This document shows positions 9,158-20,428 of a stretch of 64,000 nt of DNA, in pieces; the first letter of the stretch is position 1; each line of letters begins with the position of its first letter. This DNA comes from an uncultured bacterium. Its GTDB lineage: Bacteria; JACRDZ01. The notes beneath the pieces were generated by a model that was not told the origin of the DNA, did not search any database, and saw only the letters and a program-made list of their open reading frames with translations. The stretch is from assembly GCA_964457585.1 (NCBI GenBank), contig CAYWFU010000006.1, positions 8,846 to 72,845 of the forward strand. The letters are read 5' to 3'. The position numbers and the translations under genes were made by a program.

Positions 9158-12100
9158 GTGATATCTATGAATAAAAAGTTAGTTATAATTTTACTTTTTA
9201 TTTTAATTATATTTTTATATTCTAAAAATTCTTTTGCAGTTGACATCACAGATGAAGAATGTCTAAGATGTCATATAATGAAAAATCCTCTTTTGCCTTT
9301 TGAGGAAAATAAACTGATTGAATTTAAAGAAGAATATGCAGCAATGGATTTTGGCGTTGCAGATGATATGATGTGTTATAGCTGTCATAATGGCTCTGTT
9401 GACGACCATCGTCATATTACATGGTTTGGACAAAGGCATAAAACTGATTTAAAACCAACACCCGAGATAAAAATCCCTCAAGGATTTCCTCTTAAAGAGG
9501 GGAAAATATATTGCGGCACATGTCATAGTCCGCATACTTTACCAAATAAAACATGGCTTCGAGCCTTAAATATCAATTCTTCTTATTGCAGAGAATGTCA
9601 TAGAACAAAAACAGGTAATACTCCAACAGGTAATCATCCATCGGAAACAGTTACTGAGAAGAAACAAGAAAAGATTATTGATGCAGGCGGTAGATATGGA
9701 GTTAATGAACAGGGAAAAGATATAATTATCTGTCAGACATGTCATGTAATTCATGGTTCACCGCCGGGAGAGAGGCTTTTAGTAGCTAGAAATGAAGGTG
9801 AAGGAATAGGTAATTCAGCTTTATGTGAAATCTGTCATACTAATAATCCAAGTAAACCTGAACGCGGCACTGGGATAGAAACGCATGCTACAAATGTAAG
9901 AGCAAAAAAAGCAATAATACCTCTTATATGGGGTAATGATACACCTGTTGTGGTGAGTTATAATGGAAATATTGTTTGCAGAACCTGTCATCAGCCGCAT
10001 AGGGCAAAAGATCAGCAATATTTACTTGTAGAAAAAAATGAAATAGGGCAGTTTTGTTCAAAGTGTCATCCAAGAGAATTTGGAAGAGGAAAAGGTAAAG
10101 ATAATATAGGAACGCATCCTTTAGGAATAAAACTCTCGCAGGGTATGGAAATTGAACCTCAATCCAGAATTAAACTTTTTGAAGGGACTATAACCTGCAA
10201 TAGCTGTCATACTGCTCATAATGCATTTAATACCGGCTCTGATGAAGGAATAGAAAAGGAAGAAATGCTGGGAATCTCAGAATTAAAAAAATTAGAAGAT
10301 ACAACCCTAATATCAGATACAACAAAAATAAAAAAAAGCGCTTTGTTTGATACAACATTCCAGATGGATACCACTAAATTAGATACAACTCAGGTTAAAC
10401 AGATTAAAAAGAAACAGTCATTATTAGTATATTCTAATAAAAATAATTATATATGTGAAAAGTGCCATACTAATAAAGTCGCACGAACACTTAAAGAAGC
10501 TGAAGCTAAAGGAACTCATCCTGTAAATATAACAAGTTCAAAAGTAACCATTCCTAAAATAATATTAAAAAAAGGCGGCAGGTTTGGAAAAATTAGAAAT
10601 AAACCGGTAATTATTTGTACTACATGTCATAAAGTTCATGGCGGAGAAATTGGAACTCCAAATTTAATTATTACAGACGCAGATGCAAGAATCTGTGGGT
10701 ATTGTCATTCAAATGTTAATGTTGGTTCAATAAGTGAAGCTGCAATTATCAGTACTCATCCGGTAAATATCAAACCAAAGAAACTGGAGATACCTGAAGA
10801 GATTATTAAAGCAGGCGGTAAATTAGGACTTAAAGGTGAGATTATTTGCTACACCTGTCATGGTGTTCATAAATCACGTGAAGCAACCAAAATATTGGTA
10901 ATTTCAAATGTTGAATCAAGTGATATTTGTGTTGTCTGTCATCCAAAGCAAAAAGTAGTTGATAATACTGAGCATAATTTAATCATCATTGCACCAAAAG
11001 AAGAAAATATTAAGGGAGATCGTATAAGAGAAGCAGGAGTTTGCGGCGCATGTCATATTGCTCATGGAGGCAAAGGTGCTAAAGTGTGGGCAAAAAATGT
11101 TCCTCCGATTAAGCCGGGTGAAGACCCTGTAGGAAAATTATGTTTAAGCTGTCATCAAAAAGGTCAGGTAGGAGAAAAAAAATTAGTTGGCGGATTCAGT
11201 CATCCGACTAATTTTGATATTGAGCGAGTGTCAGGAGAAACTGATTTGCCTTTATTTCTTGGAGAAGGCGTAAGAGTATACGATTCATTTATCATGGTAG
11301 ACGGCAAAAAAGTTATTGATAAATCAAAAAGAAAAGGCAAGGTAATGTGCGCTACCTGTCATGATGTGCATCAATGGGACCCGACAGATGAAAAAGCTGG
11401 CAGCAGAGTTGATACTGAAGGAGATGGAAGGAATAGTTTTTTACGGAAGAGAAATATTAAAAATTTTTTATGTATAGAATGTCATAAAGGTGAAACAACA
11501 ATTCTTGATACAGATCATGATCTTAATATTTCCGGCCGCTCGGAAAAAAATGTTCAAGGAAAAACAGTAATTGAAGATGGAGCATGTTCTGCATGTCATC
11601 TTATGCATAATGGTACAGGACCTAAAATCTGGTCGCGTAAAATACCGCCTGAAATTGAAAAAGAAGGTATTATCGCTAAATTATGCAAAACATGTCATAT
11701 TAAAGGGCAGATGGCTGAAAAAAAGGCAATTACAAAATACAGTCATCCAACAGACAGATCTATTAAATTAGTTGATAAAACAACGCGTTATCCGCTTTAT
11801 GATTCTTTTGGACAGAGGTATTTTAATAAACCATTGCTTGAAGCTTTAAAAACAGGTAAAGATATTGAAAAGTATTACAATACATCAGGGCTTGTAACCT
11901 GTGGAACCTGTCATGATGTTCATTTGTGGAACTATAAAAATCCCGATGACAGACCAAAGTCTAATATTGAAGGGACCGGGCTTAACAGTTTCCTGCGCGG
12001 TACAAAGGACAATACTTCAAATTTCTGTAAAGATTGTCATGAAGATAAATTTAAAATTGAAAAAACTGAACATGATATGGCTGTTGTTGAGAAAGATATT

Positions 12101-15100
12101 GTTAAAAAAGATATCGTTAACTCACAGGGGAAAACGATTCGTGATGAGGGGATATGCAGTGCGTGTCATTTAATTCATAATGGTAATGGGTTATATATGT
12201 GGGCAAGAGAAAATATTCCTGATGGGGACAGTGTAATGACACTTATCTGTACCGGCTGTCATAATAGAGGACAGATGGGTGAAAAAAAATCAACCGGGAA
12301 CCATAGTCATCCATGTGATTCACCAATAACAGACTGGAGAGTATCGCCGACATTGCCATTATATATTAGAGGACGAAAAGATCCTGATGGTAATATTGCA
12401 TGTTCCACCTGTCATAATTCACATGTATGGGAACCGATAATACAGGATTACGGGCCTGGTAAAAATACTGATGGTACGGTTTTAAACAGCTTTCTTAGGA
12501 TTCCAAATGATAGGAAATCTGCTTTATGCGGAAATTGTCATTTTGAAAATGTTCTTATTGTGGGGACAAAACATGATTTAAATCTCACTGCGCCAAAAGA
12601 AAAAAATGTAGCAGGGGAAACTGTTGCTGAATCAGGACCATGCGGTTCATGTCATTTAACGCATAATGCTCTGGAAGTTAAGCTCTGGTCCAAAGTCCCG
12701 GGTAAAATCGAAGGTGCAACAGAAGAAAAGGATCTTTTAACTGCTCTATGTAAAAGCTGTCATACAAAAGGAGGCCTTGCTGAAAAGAAGGAGATTATTG
12801 GATATAATCATCCAATAAATATTAAACAGATTGAAGCAGGATTGCCAACCAGCTTGCCTCTTTATGATGAGATGGGGAAGAAAAAATTTGATGGAAAAAT
12901 AACATGCAGTACCTGTCATGATCCTCATCGCTGGACACCCGGAGTAGATAAAGGCGGGCCTGGTAAAAAAACTGAAGGTGATGGACGTGACAGTTTTCTC
13001 AGGCTTGACAACCGTAAAGTTTCAGCTCTTTGCGTGGATTGTCATCAACGAGAAGGGTTGGTAGTCAATACTGATCACGACCTTTCTGTTACTGTTCCTG
13101 ATGAGGAAAATGTTGTTAAAGAAACTGTTGGAGTATCTGGAGCATGTTCTGCATGTCATGTTATGCACAATGGGAATGACATAAGACGATGGGCTAAACC
13201 TCTTGGCCCGGGAGATGATTATATTACCCAGCTATGTCACAGCTGTCATTCCGAAGGTAAATGCGCTGAGTCTAAAATAGGTGTTTATACACATTCCATT
13301 GGAGTTAAAATGCAGAAAGGCAGAACTACAACATTTCCTCTTTATACTAAAGAAGGTAAAAAGCAGAAAGATACTCTTATTACATGTGTAACATGTCATT
13401 ATTCTCATCAATGGAGTCCAACTCAATTTGAAAAAAATGTACTAAGTAAAGGATTATTTAGTTTTGAAAATATAAAAAGTAAAGTAATAGGAAATGTAGG
13501 TTATCCATCGGGTTCTTTTGTATACATAGATACTATTGATTCTTTTAAACCTGAAATTGGACAGCAATACGTAGTTTTTAAGAAAGGGAAAATAATTGCC
13601 CGTTGCATAGTGGATAAAATAAATCCTTTTTCTAAAACTCTAGAAGTGTTTGCCAGGGTAGCAGAATATGACCCAAATGAAAAAATAGAAAAAGGTGATT
13701 ATGTTGTTGAGAAAAAAAAGCTATCCAAAGGACTTGAAGGCAATGGTAGAAATAGTTTCCTGCGTAAACCTAATGATGAATCCACCAGTTTATGTTTTGA
13801 TTGCCATACAGAAAAAGAAACAATTGTAGGAACAGATCATGACTTTCGAGTCACTGCGCCAAAAGAAAGAAATATGATTGGCGAAACTGTATTTGACGGA
13901 GGATTATGTTCAGCATGCCACAGGTCGCATCAGGGAGCGTCAGTTTATATTTCTGCAAAACAGGTTGCTCCTAATCCTAAAGGAATAATTTATTCACCTA
14001 TCTGTTATGGATGTCATTTTCCAGGTGGAGCAGCAGAAAATAAAAGACTTGATGTGCATCATAAAATTATAACTTTCCCAACAGATGAAGAGATTAACGA
14101 ATATATTCAGAAGAATGGAAAAATGAAAGAATCAATGCGATTACAAATTCCTGATAAAAAATATGGGCTTGTTTTATATAATGAAGACGGAGAACTTGAT
14201 CAGGGGGATGCATTTAAAAAGAAAGTTGTTACCTGTTCTACGTGTCACAATGAACATGTCTGGGACCCAAATAATCTAGAAGATAAACATCCATGGGATT
14301 CTGCCACCAATTTTTATGCAAAAGCTGTTGAAGGTACAGATAAAAATAGTTATCTCAGATCACGCAATGATAAATGGCAATTATGCAATATATGTCATTT
14401 AGCAACAGTGCATTTGGAAACAGAAGAAATGATACGGCGTCTTGGACGTGATATTAAGACTATTGATTCTGCCCAGAAAATACTGGAAGAAAAAAAGAAA
14501 AAAGATGCTGAACTGGAAACGAAAAAGAAAGAGAAATTTGAAGAAGAAGAAAAAAAAGAAGAGATGGGAAAAGTTGCAATAATAAAATCCGTTAATAAAG
14601 ATTTAGATAGTCCCGATTATTTTTTAATTATGAAGCTAATTGGAGAAAATGCATTAAATAAAAAATCTCCAGGAAAATTTATTATCGGGATTAAAGAAAA
14701 TTTTGAAGGCAGTCAATGGGAAGAATATCGTAAAGAAGTCCAATATCGTATATCCATGGATACTGTTGCAAAAAATATATATATTAAATTTCAAGACAAA
14801 TTGGGGAATTACTCAGAATTATATTCTTTGGAGTTACCTCCAATTGTAATATCAATAAAACCTGATGAAGAAAAAAGCAAATTACCGAAACTTATACTTG
14901 GATTAAATGTTCGTAATGCAAAATCTATTAAGGTGGGAACAGATAAATATCTTGAAAAAGACAAATGGCTGCCATTTGAATCAACTTATACCTATATTTT
15001 TCCGGATGATAGTGCATTTGATAAAATTTATATTCAATTTAAGGATGATAAAGAAAATAAAACAGAAATAACAGGTATGTATACACCTGAAGATTTAATT

Positions 15101-16912
15101 AAACCTCGAGTTAGAAAATATGTTTATCGTGAACCAATTAAAATCATGGAAAATTTTGTAATTAGTATCGTTTTTAGTGAAACTTTAAATCCCAATATTA
15201 ATCCAAAGATAAAGATAACAAATCTGGATGAGGGTAAATCACCGCAATTACCAGAAGTGGGAACATATATTTCCACCAATGAGGAAAATGATACTTATAT
15301 GCTGGAGGGGATTAAGCTTACAAAGGAAATGGGCGGCAGATGGCTTATTTCTGTTGAAAGCGCTGAAGGTGTTATTAGAAATGTTATGGAACCGGTTGCT
15401 GATAAAATCATATTTTTTGATACAAGAGATAAAACACTTGATTTTTATAATTCAGTAAAATTTAAAATTAAAGAGGGAGAAAAAACACAAAATCCAGATA
15501 TAACTTTGCTTATGGAAGGCAAAGGCGCATATCAAATGATGATAAGCGAAAATGATCCTGCTTTTGAAAATTGTATGTGGGAACCTTTTGTTAGTGAAAA
15601 GAAATTTTTGATTACTCCAATTGTGGGGGAGAAAACTATTTATGTAAAATTCCGTAATGATGAAAAACTTGTTTCAGATGTATTTAATGAATCAATAGCA
15701 TTTATGAAAACTTCAAAAGAGGTTGATGTCTTATCAGGGAGTTTAATAGAAGATAAGACTTTAACTAAAGATGGCAGTCCTTATTATATCGTTGGTACAG
15801 TAAAAGTGGAACGTGGTGTTACGTTAACAATTGAACCGGGCGTTAAGTTATTATTTAGTGACTTTATGCGCGGAGATAAAGTTATTAGTAAAGGGAATCT
15901 GATTATAAGAGGTAATATAATCGCTAAAGGAACTCAAACTGATAATATTTTCTTTACATCTAAAAAAGAAAACCCGGAAATTGGCGATTGGGGAATGATT
16001 AGAATTGATAGAAATGTTACTGACAAGAAAAATGTTTTTGAAAATTGTTATATTACTTATGCAGAATACGGGATATGGGTTGAGACAGATAATCCAATTA
16101 TTACAAATTCAACATTTGAATTAATTAAAAATGATGCAATACATTTTGAAAGAGATTGTCGGGGTCAAATAAATGATAATACTATCAGAAATAATGGCGG
16201 AAGCGGTATTTTTTTAAGAGAAGCTTCTCCTGATATTTATAAAAATTCTATTGAAAATAATAAAGATGGAATAATATGCATTAATTCTGCGCTCCCTAAA
16301 ATAACGGATAATTTTTTAAGCAGTAATAATACCGCTATATCCTGTGAGAATATGGCAGCTCCAAGAATTATTAATGCAGTTGTTGAAAATAACAGAATCG
16401 GGATTAGAATTATGTCTTATTCATTCCCAACAGTTGTTAATTCAAATATCTCAGAAAATAAAGAATTTGGTATTTTTATCAGTGAGTCATGTCCTATGAT
16501 TTATAAAAATATTATACAAAAAAATAAAATTGGAGTATTTGTTGAAAAGGACTATAGAGATTTTAAAATTTCTCTTAACAATATTATGGAAAATACCGAA
16601 TATAATTTAAAAATAACAGACTATTGGCGTGATCTTTATGCTTCTGAAAATTTCTGGGGTTTTCAAGAAAAGAATGAAATAAAGAAAAAAATATATGATA
16701 AGGAAAACTATGAAAAAGAGCCAAAAGAGGGAGAGAAAAAAGAAGATGAAATGCCAATCTTTGATTTCTTATCAACAGAAGATGTTATGGCAGATAAAAT
16801 GAAAGAAGATGCTGGTAAAAGCACACAGCTTGAGTTTATTGAAAAAGTTTTTGGTGTTGTAAGATATTCACCTTTCTCCTTATTTAAGAACAATAATGCC
16901 GGGGTGCAGTAA
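9158..16912 (+). CDS. Giant multiheme c-type cytochrome (38 CxxCH) with C-terminal Ig-like repeats and a right-handed beta-helix
   Basis: Signal peptide; 38 CxxCH by manual count between 9260 and 14398; alternating CxxCHxxH / CxxCH pairs; C-terminal SPYYIVGTVKVERGVTLTIEPGV followed by N/G-rich beta-helix repeats. Confidence 0.92.
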   Translation: MISMNKKLVIILLFILIIFLYSKNSFAVDITDEECLRCHIMKNPLLPFEENKLIEFKEEYAAMDFGVADDMMCYSCHNGSVDDHRHITWFGQRHKTDLKPTPEIKIPQGFPLKEGKIYCGTCHSPHTLPNKTWLRALNINSSYCRECHRTKTGNTPTGNHPSETVTEKKQEKIIDAGGRYGVNEQGKDIIICQTCHVIHGSPPGERLLVARNEGEGIGNSALCEICHTNNPSKPERGTGIETHATNVRAKKAIIPLIWGNDTPVVVSYNGNIVCRTCHQPHRAKDQQYLLVEKNEIGQFCSKCHPREFGRGKGKDNIGTHPLGIKLSQGMEIEPQSRIKLFEGTITCNSCHTAHNAFNTGSDEGIEKEEMLGISELKKLEDTTLISDTTKIKKSALFDTTFQMDTTKLDTTQVKQIKKKQSLLVYSNKNNYICEKCHTNKVARTLKEAEAKGTHPVNITSSKVTIPKIILKKGGRFGKIRNKPVIICTTCHKVHGGEIGTPNLIITDADARICGYCHSNVNVGSISEAAIISTHPVNIKPKKLEIPEEIIKAGGKLGLKGEIICYTCHGVHKSREATKILVISNVESSDICVVCHPKQKVVDNTEHNLIIIAPKEENIKGDRIREAGVCGACHIAHGGKGAKVWAKNVPPIKPGEDPVGKLCLSCHQKGQVGEKKLVGGFSHPTNFDIERVSGETDLPLFLGEGVRVYDSFIMVDGKKVIDKSKRKGKVMCATCHDVHQWDPTDEKAGSRVDTEGDGRNSFLRKRNIKNFLCIECHKGETTILDTDHDLNISGRSEKNVQGKTVIEDGACSACHLMHNGTGPKIWSRKIPPEIEKEGIIAKLCKTCHIKGQMAEKKAITKYSHPTDRSIKLVDKTTRYPLYDSFGQRYFNKPLLEALKTGKDIEKYYNTSGLVTCGTCHDVHLWNYKNPDDRPKSNIEGTGLNSFLRGTKDNTSNFCKDCHEDKFKIEKTEHDMAVVEKDIVKKDIVNSQGKTIRDEGICSACHLIHNGNGLYMWARENIPDGDSVMTLICTGCHNRGQMGEKKSTGNHSHPCDSPITDWRVSPTLPLYIRGRKDPDGNIACSTCHNSHVWEPIIQDYGPGKNTDGTVLNSFLRIPNDRKSALCGNCHFENVLIVGTKHDLNLTAPKEKNVAGETVAESGPCGSCHLTHNALEVKLWSKVPGKIEGATEEKDLLTALCKSCHTKGGLAEKKEIIGYNHPINIKQIEAGLPTSLPLYDEMGKKKFDGKITCSTCHDPHRWTPGVDKGGPGKKTEGDGRDSFLRLDNRKVSALCVDCHQREGLVVNTDHDLSVTVPDEENVVKETVGVSGACSACHVMHNGNDIRRWAKPLGPGDDYITQLCHSCHSEGKCAESKIGVYTHSIGVKMQKGRTTTFPLYTKEGKKQKDTLITCVTCHYSHQWSPTQFEKNVLSKGLFSFENIKSKVIGNVGYPSGSFVYIDTIDSFKPEIGQQYVVFKKGKIIARCIVDKINPFSKTLEVFARVAEYDPNEKIEKGDYVVEKKKLSKGLEGNGRNSFLRKPNDESTSLCFDCHTEKETIVGTDHDFRVTAPKERNMIGETVFDGGLCSACHRSHQGASVYISAKQVAPNPKGIIYSPICYGCHFPGGAAENKRLDVHHKIITFPTDEEINEYIQKNGKMKESMRLQIPDKKYGLVLYNEDGELDQGDAFKKKVVTCSTCHNEHVWDPNNLEDKHPWDSATNFYAKAVEGTDKNSYLRSRNDKWQLCNICHLATVHLETEEMIRRLGRDIKTIDSAQKILEEKKKKDAELETKKKEKFEEEEKKEEMGKVAIIKSVNKDLDSPDYFLIMKLIGENALNKKSPGKFIIGIKENFEGSQWEEYRKEVQYRISMDTVAKNIYIKFQDKLGNYSELYSLELPPIVISIKPDEEKSKLPKLILGLNVRNAKSIKVGTDKYLEKDKWLPFESTYTYIFPDDSAFDKIYIQFKDDKENKTEITGMYTPEDLIKPRVRKYVYREPIKIMENFVISIVFSETLNPNINPKIKITNLDEGKSPQLPEVGTYISTNEENDTYMLEGIKLTKEMGGRWLISVESAEGVIRNVMEPVADKIIFFDTRDKTLDFYNSVKFKIKEGEKTQNPDITLLMEGKGAYQMMISENDPAFENCMWEPFVSEKKFLITPIVGEKTIYVKFRNDEKLVSDVFNESIAFMKTSKEVDVLSGSLIEDKTLTKDGSPYYIVGTVKVERGVTLTIEPGVKLLFSDFMRGDKVISKGNLIIRGNIIAKGTQTDNIFFTSKKENPEIGDWGMIRIDRNVTDKKNVFENCYITYAEYGIWVETDNPIITNSTFELIKNDAIHFERDCRGQINDNTIRNNGGSGIFLREASPDIYKNSIENNKDGIICINSALPKITDNFLSSNNTAISCENMAAPRIINAVVENNRIGIRIMSYSFPTVVNSNISENKEFGIFISESCPMIYKNIIQKNKIGVFVEKDYRDFKISLNNIMENTEYNLKITDYWRDLYASENFWGFQEKNEIKKKIYDKENYEKEPKEGEKKEDEMPIFDFLSTEDVMADKMKEDAGKSTQLEFIEKVFGVVRYSPFSLFKNNNAGVQ

Positions 16913-16927
16913 TTACAGCAATAGACT

Positions 16928-17440
16928 ATGATAAAAAATAAAAAAAAATTTAGTCCAAAAAATAAAATTTATTCTCTTCTTAAATTAAAAAAGATAATAG
17001 ATAAACATAAAAAAGCCGGAGAGAAAATTGTATTTACAAATGGATGTTTTGATATTCTGCATATCGGGCATTTAGCTTATCTTGAAAAAGCATCCAGGCA
17101 TGGCGATATTTTGATTATTGGTTTAAATAGTGATAATTCTGTGCGTAAAATAAAAGGGGAGAATAGACCCCTTGTTCCCCAAAATGAACGTGCTTTTGCT
17201 CTGGCATGCTTATCATTTGTTGATTATATTGTTTTATTTGATGAAGAAAATCCAATAAAAGTTATTTCAACCGTCATCCCCGATATTTTAGTTAAAGGCG
17301 CTGATTATAAAAAAAAGGATATTTTAGGCGCTGATATAGTTATGCAGCATAGAGGCAAAGTGATTACAATACCGCTTGTGCAAAATAGGTCAACTACAAA
17401 TTTAATTGAAATTATTTTAGAACGCTATGGACAAAAATAA
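16928..17440 (+). CDS. rfaE2: D-glycero-beta-D-manno-heptose 1-phosphate adenylyltransferase
   Basis: FTNGCFDILHIGH, GLNSDNSVRKIKG.RP, LVKGADY. Confidence 0.93.
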   Translation: MIKNKKKFSPKNKIYSLLKLKKIIDKHKKAGEKIVFTNGCFDILHIGHLAYLEKASRHGDILIIGLNSDNSVRKIKGENRPLVPQNERAFALACLSFVDYIVLFDEENPIKVISTVIPDILVKGADYKKKDILGADIVMQHRGKVITIPLVQNRSTTNLIEIILERYGQK

Positions 17441-18044
17441 ATTTCCAACCTGGGAATTAGAAATAAAATATCAAAATGAAGGTTACAAAAATATAGCAGG
17501 TATCGATGAAGCGGGACGCGGTCCGCTTGCGGGACCTGTTGTAGCTGCCTGTGTTATATTACCTGTTGGTATTGAAATAAAAGGGATTAATGATTCAAAA
17601 AAACTTTCATCTAAAAAACGGAATGAATTTTTTGATATTATTCATTCAAATGCTATTGATATTGGAGTAGGAATCATATCTGAAAAAATAATAGATGATA
17701 TAAATATTTATCAGGCTACTATTTTGGCGATGAAAAAAGCCATATCTGAATTGAAACAGCAATCGCCCGATTTTTTGTTAATTGATGGATTATGTTTGAA
17801 AAATTTTCATATTCCAAATGATAAAATTATTAGAGGTGACAGCTTGAGTATTTCCATTGCTGCAGCATCCATTATTGCAAAAGTAACACGAGATAGAATT
17901 ATGGAAGAATTTGATAAAATTTATCCTCTATATAATTTTGCAAAACATAAAGGATATGGAACGAAATGCCATTTAGAGTCAATTATAAAATATGGAGCAA
18001 CAAATATACATCGTAAAACTTTTAGAGGAGTTAAGAAGCAATAA
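17427..18044 (+). CDS. rnhB: Ribonuclease HII
   Basis: GIDEAGRGPLAGPVVAA, DSKKL, IAAASIIAKVTRD, HKGYGT. Confidence 0.97.
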   Translation: MDKNKFPTWELEIKYQNEGYKNIAGIDEAGRGPLAGPVVAACVILPVGIEIKGINDSKKLSSKKRNEFFDIIHSNAIDIGVGIISEKIIDDINIYQATILAMKKAISELKQQSPDFLLIDGLCLKNFHIPNDKIIRGDSLSISIAAASIIAKVTRDRIMEEFDKIYPLYNFAKHKGYGTKCHLESIIKYGATNIHRKTFRGVKKQ

Positions 18045-18054
18045 AATAGAAAAC

Positions 18055-18083
18055 TTGACAATTTTTTATATCCCATCTATTAT
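18055..18083 (+). promoter_or_regulatory. Sigma70-type promoter of the DEAD-box helicase gene
   Basis: TTGACA-17 nt-TATTAT. Confidence 0.75.
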
Positions 18084-18123
18084 GGAATAGCAATGCATTT
18101 TCGGGAAAGTTAAAAGGTGAAAA

Positions 18124-19736
<1,613 letters not shown>

Positions 19737-19740
<4 letters not shown>

Positions 19741-20408
19741 TTCTTTTTAAATATAAAATTTTTACCCGTCATTTTAGAAATTTTTCTTAAATCAATTTTT
19801 TCCTGAGTTTTTATATTTAATTCTGGATAAAAAACCGTAAGATTATATATTTCTGGTTTAAGATTTATTTCATAAAATCCATCAACCTGCGACAATATTT
19901 CCTTTTTTTCTTGTTCATTCTCAAAACTGATTACAGCTTTTGCCAGAGGTCTGATTGTTGAATCATCATTTTTCAGCGAAATTCTGCCTGAAAAATAAAT
20001 GTAACCCATATGTTCCATTTCATCACCTAATGGTGCGATTATAATATTTGAGTAATCTTTTTCTAAAATATTTCTAAAAAGAAGATACTTTCTTCGCCAA
20101 TTTATATAAAGCCAGAATGATATAATTAAAATAAAAGAAATTAATAAATTTATACCAAATTTGATTTTATTTTTATTTTTTTTATCTGGAAGTGCCAATT
20201 CATCCCTGCATTTTAATGCAGGGATGAATTGGCACAAATTAAATAATAATCTTCCTATCAGAGAAGATACCCTGCGGTCTCTGCCGCAGGGTTCTTCATT
20301 AGCAGATTTTTCGATTAAATCCGGTGAATATTTACTGAAAATTAATTTACAATTTTCACATTGAATTTGTTTGTCATCTTGAATATGGCCACATGCCGGA
20401 CATTGCAT
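19737..20408 (-). CDS. Hypothetical membrane protein: N-terminal zinc ribbon, one TM helix, C-terminal beta-sandwich
   Basis: CPACG...CENC; hydrophobic LLISFILIISFWLYI; contains an in-frame palindromic insertion. Confidence 0.6.
20181..20300. mobile_element. Two-hairpin IS200/IS605-like non-autonomous element, copy A (in frame inside a CDS)
   Basis: Homologous in inverted orientation to 23630-23752; hairpins gccaattcatccctgc..gcagggatgaattggc and gataccctg..cagggttcttc. Confidence 0.7.
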
Positions 20409-20428
20409 AAATTACCTCTTTCAATTTT

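Noticed and set aside
10297-10392. Five DTT tripeptide repeats in a cytochrome linker
   Set aside because: Short low-complexity linker; no evidence for a distinct function.
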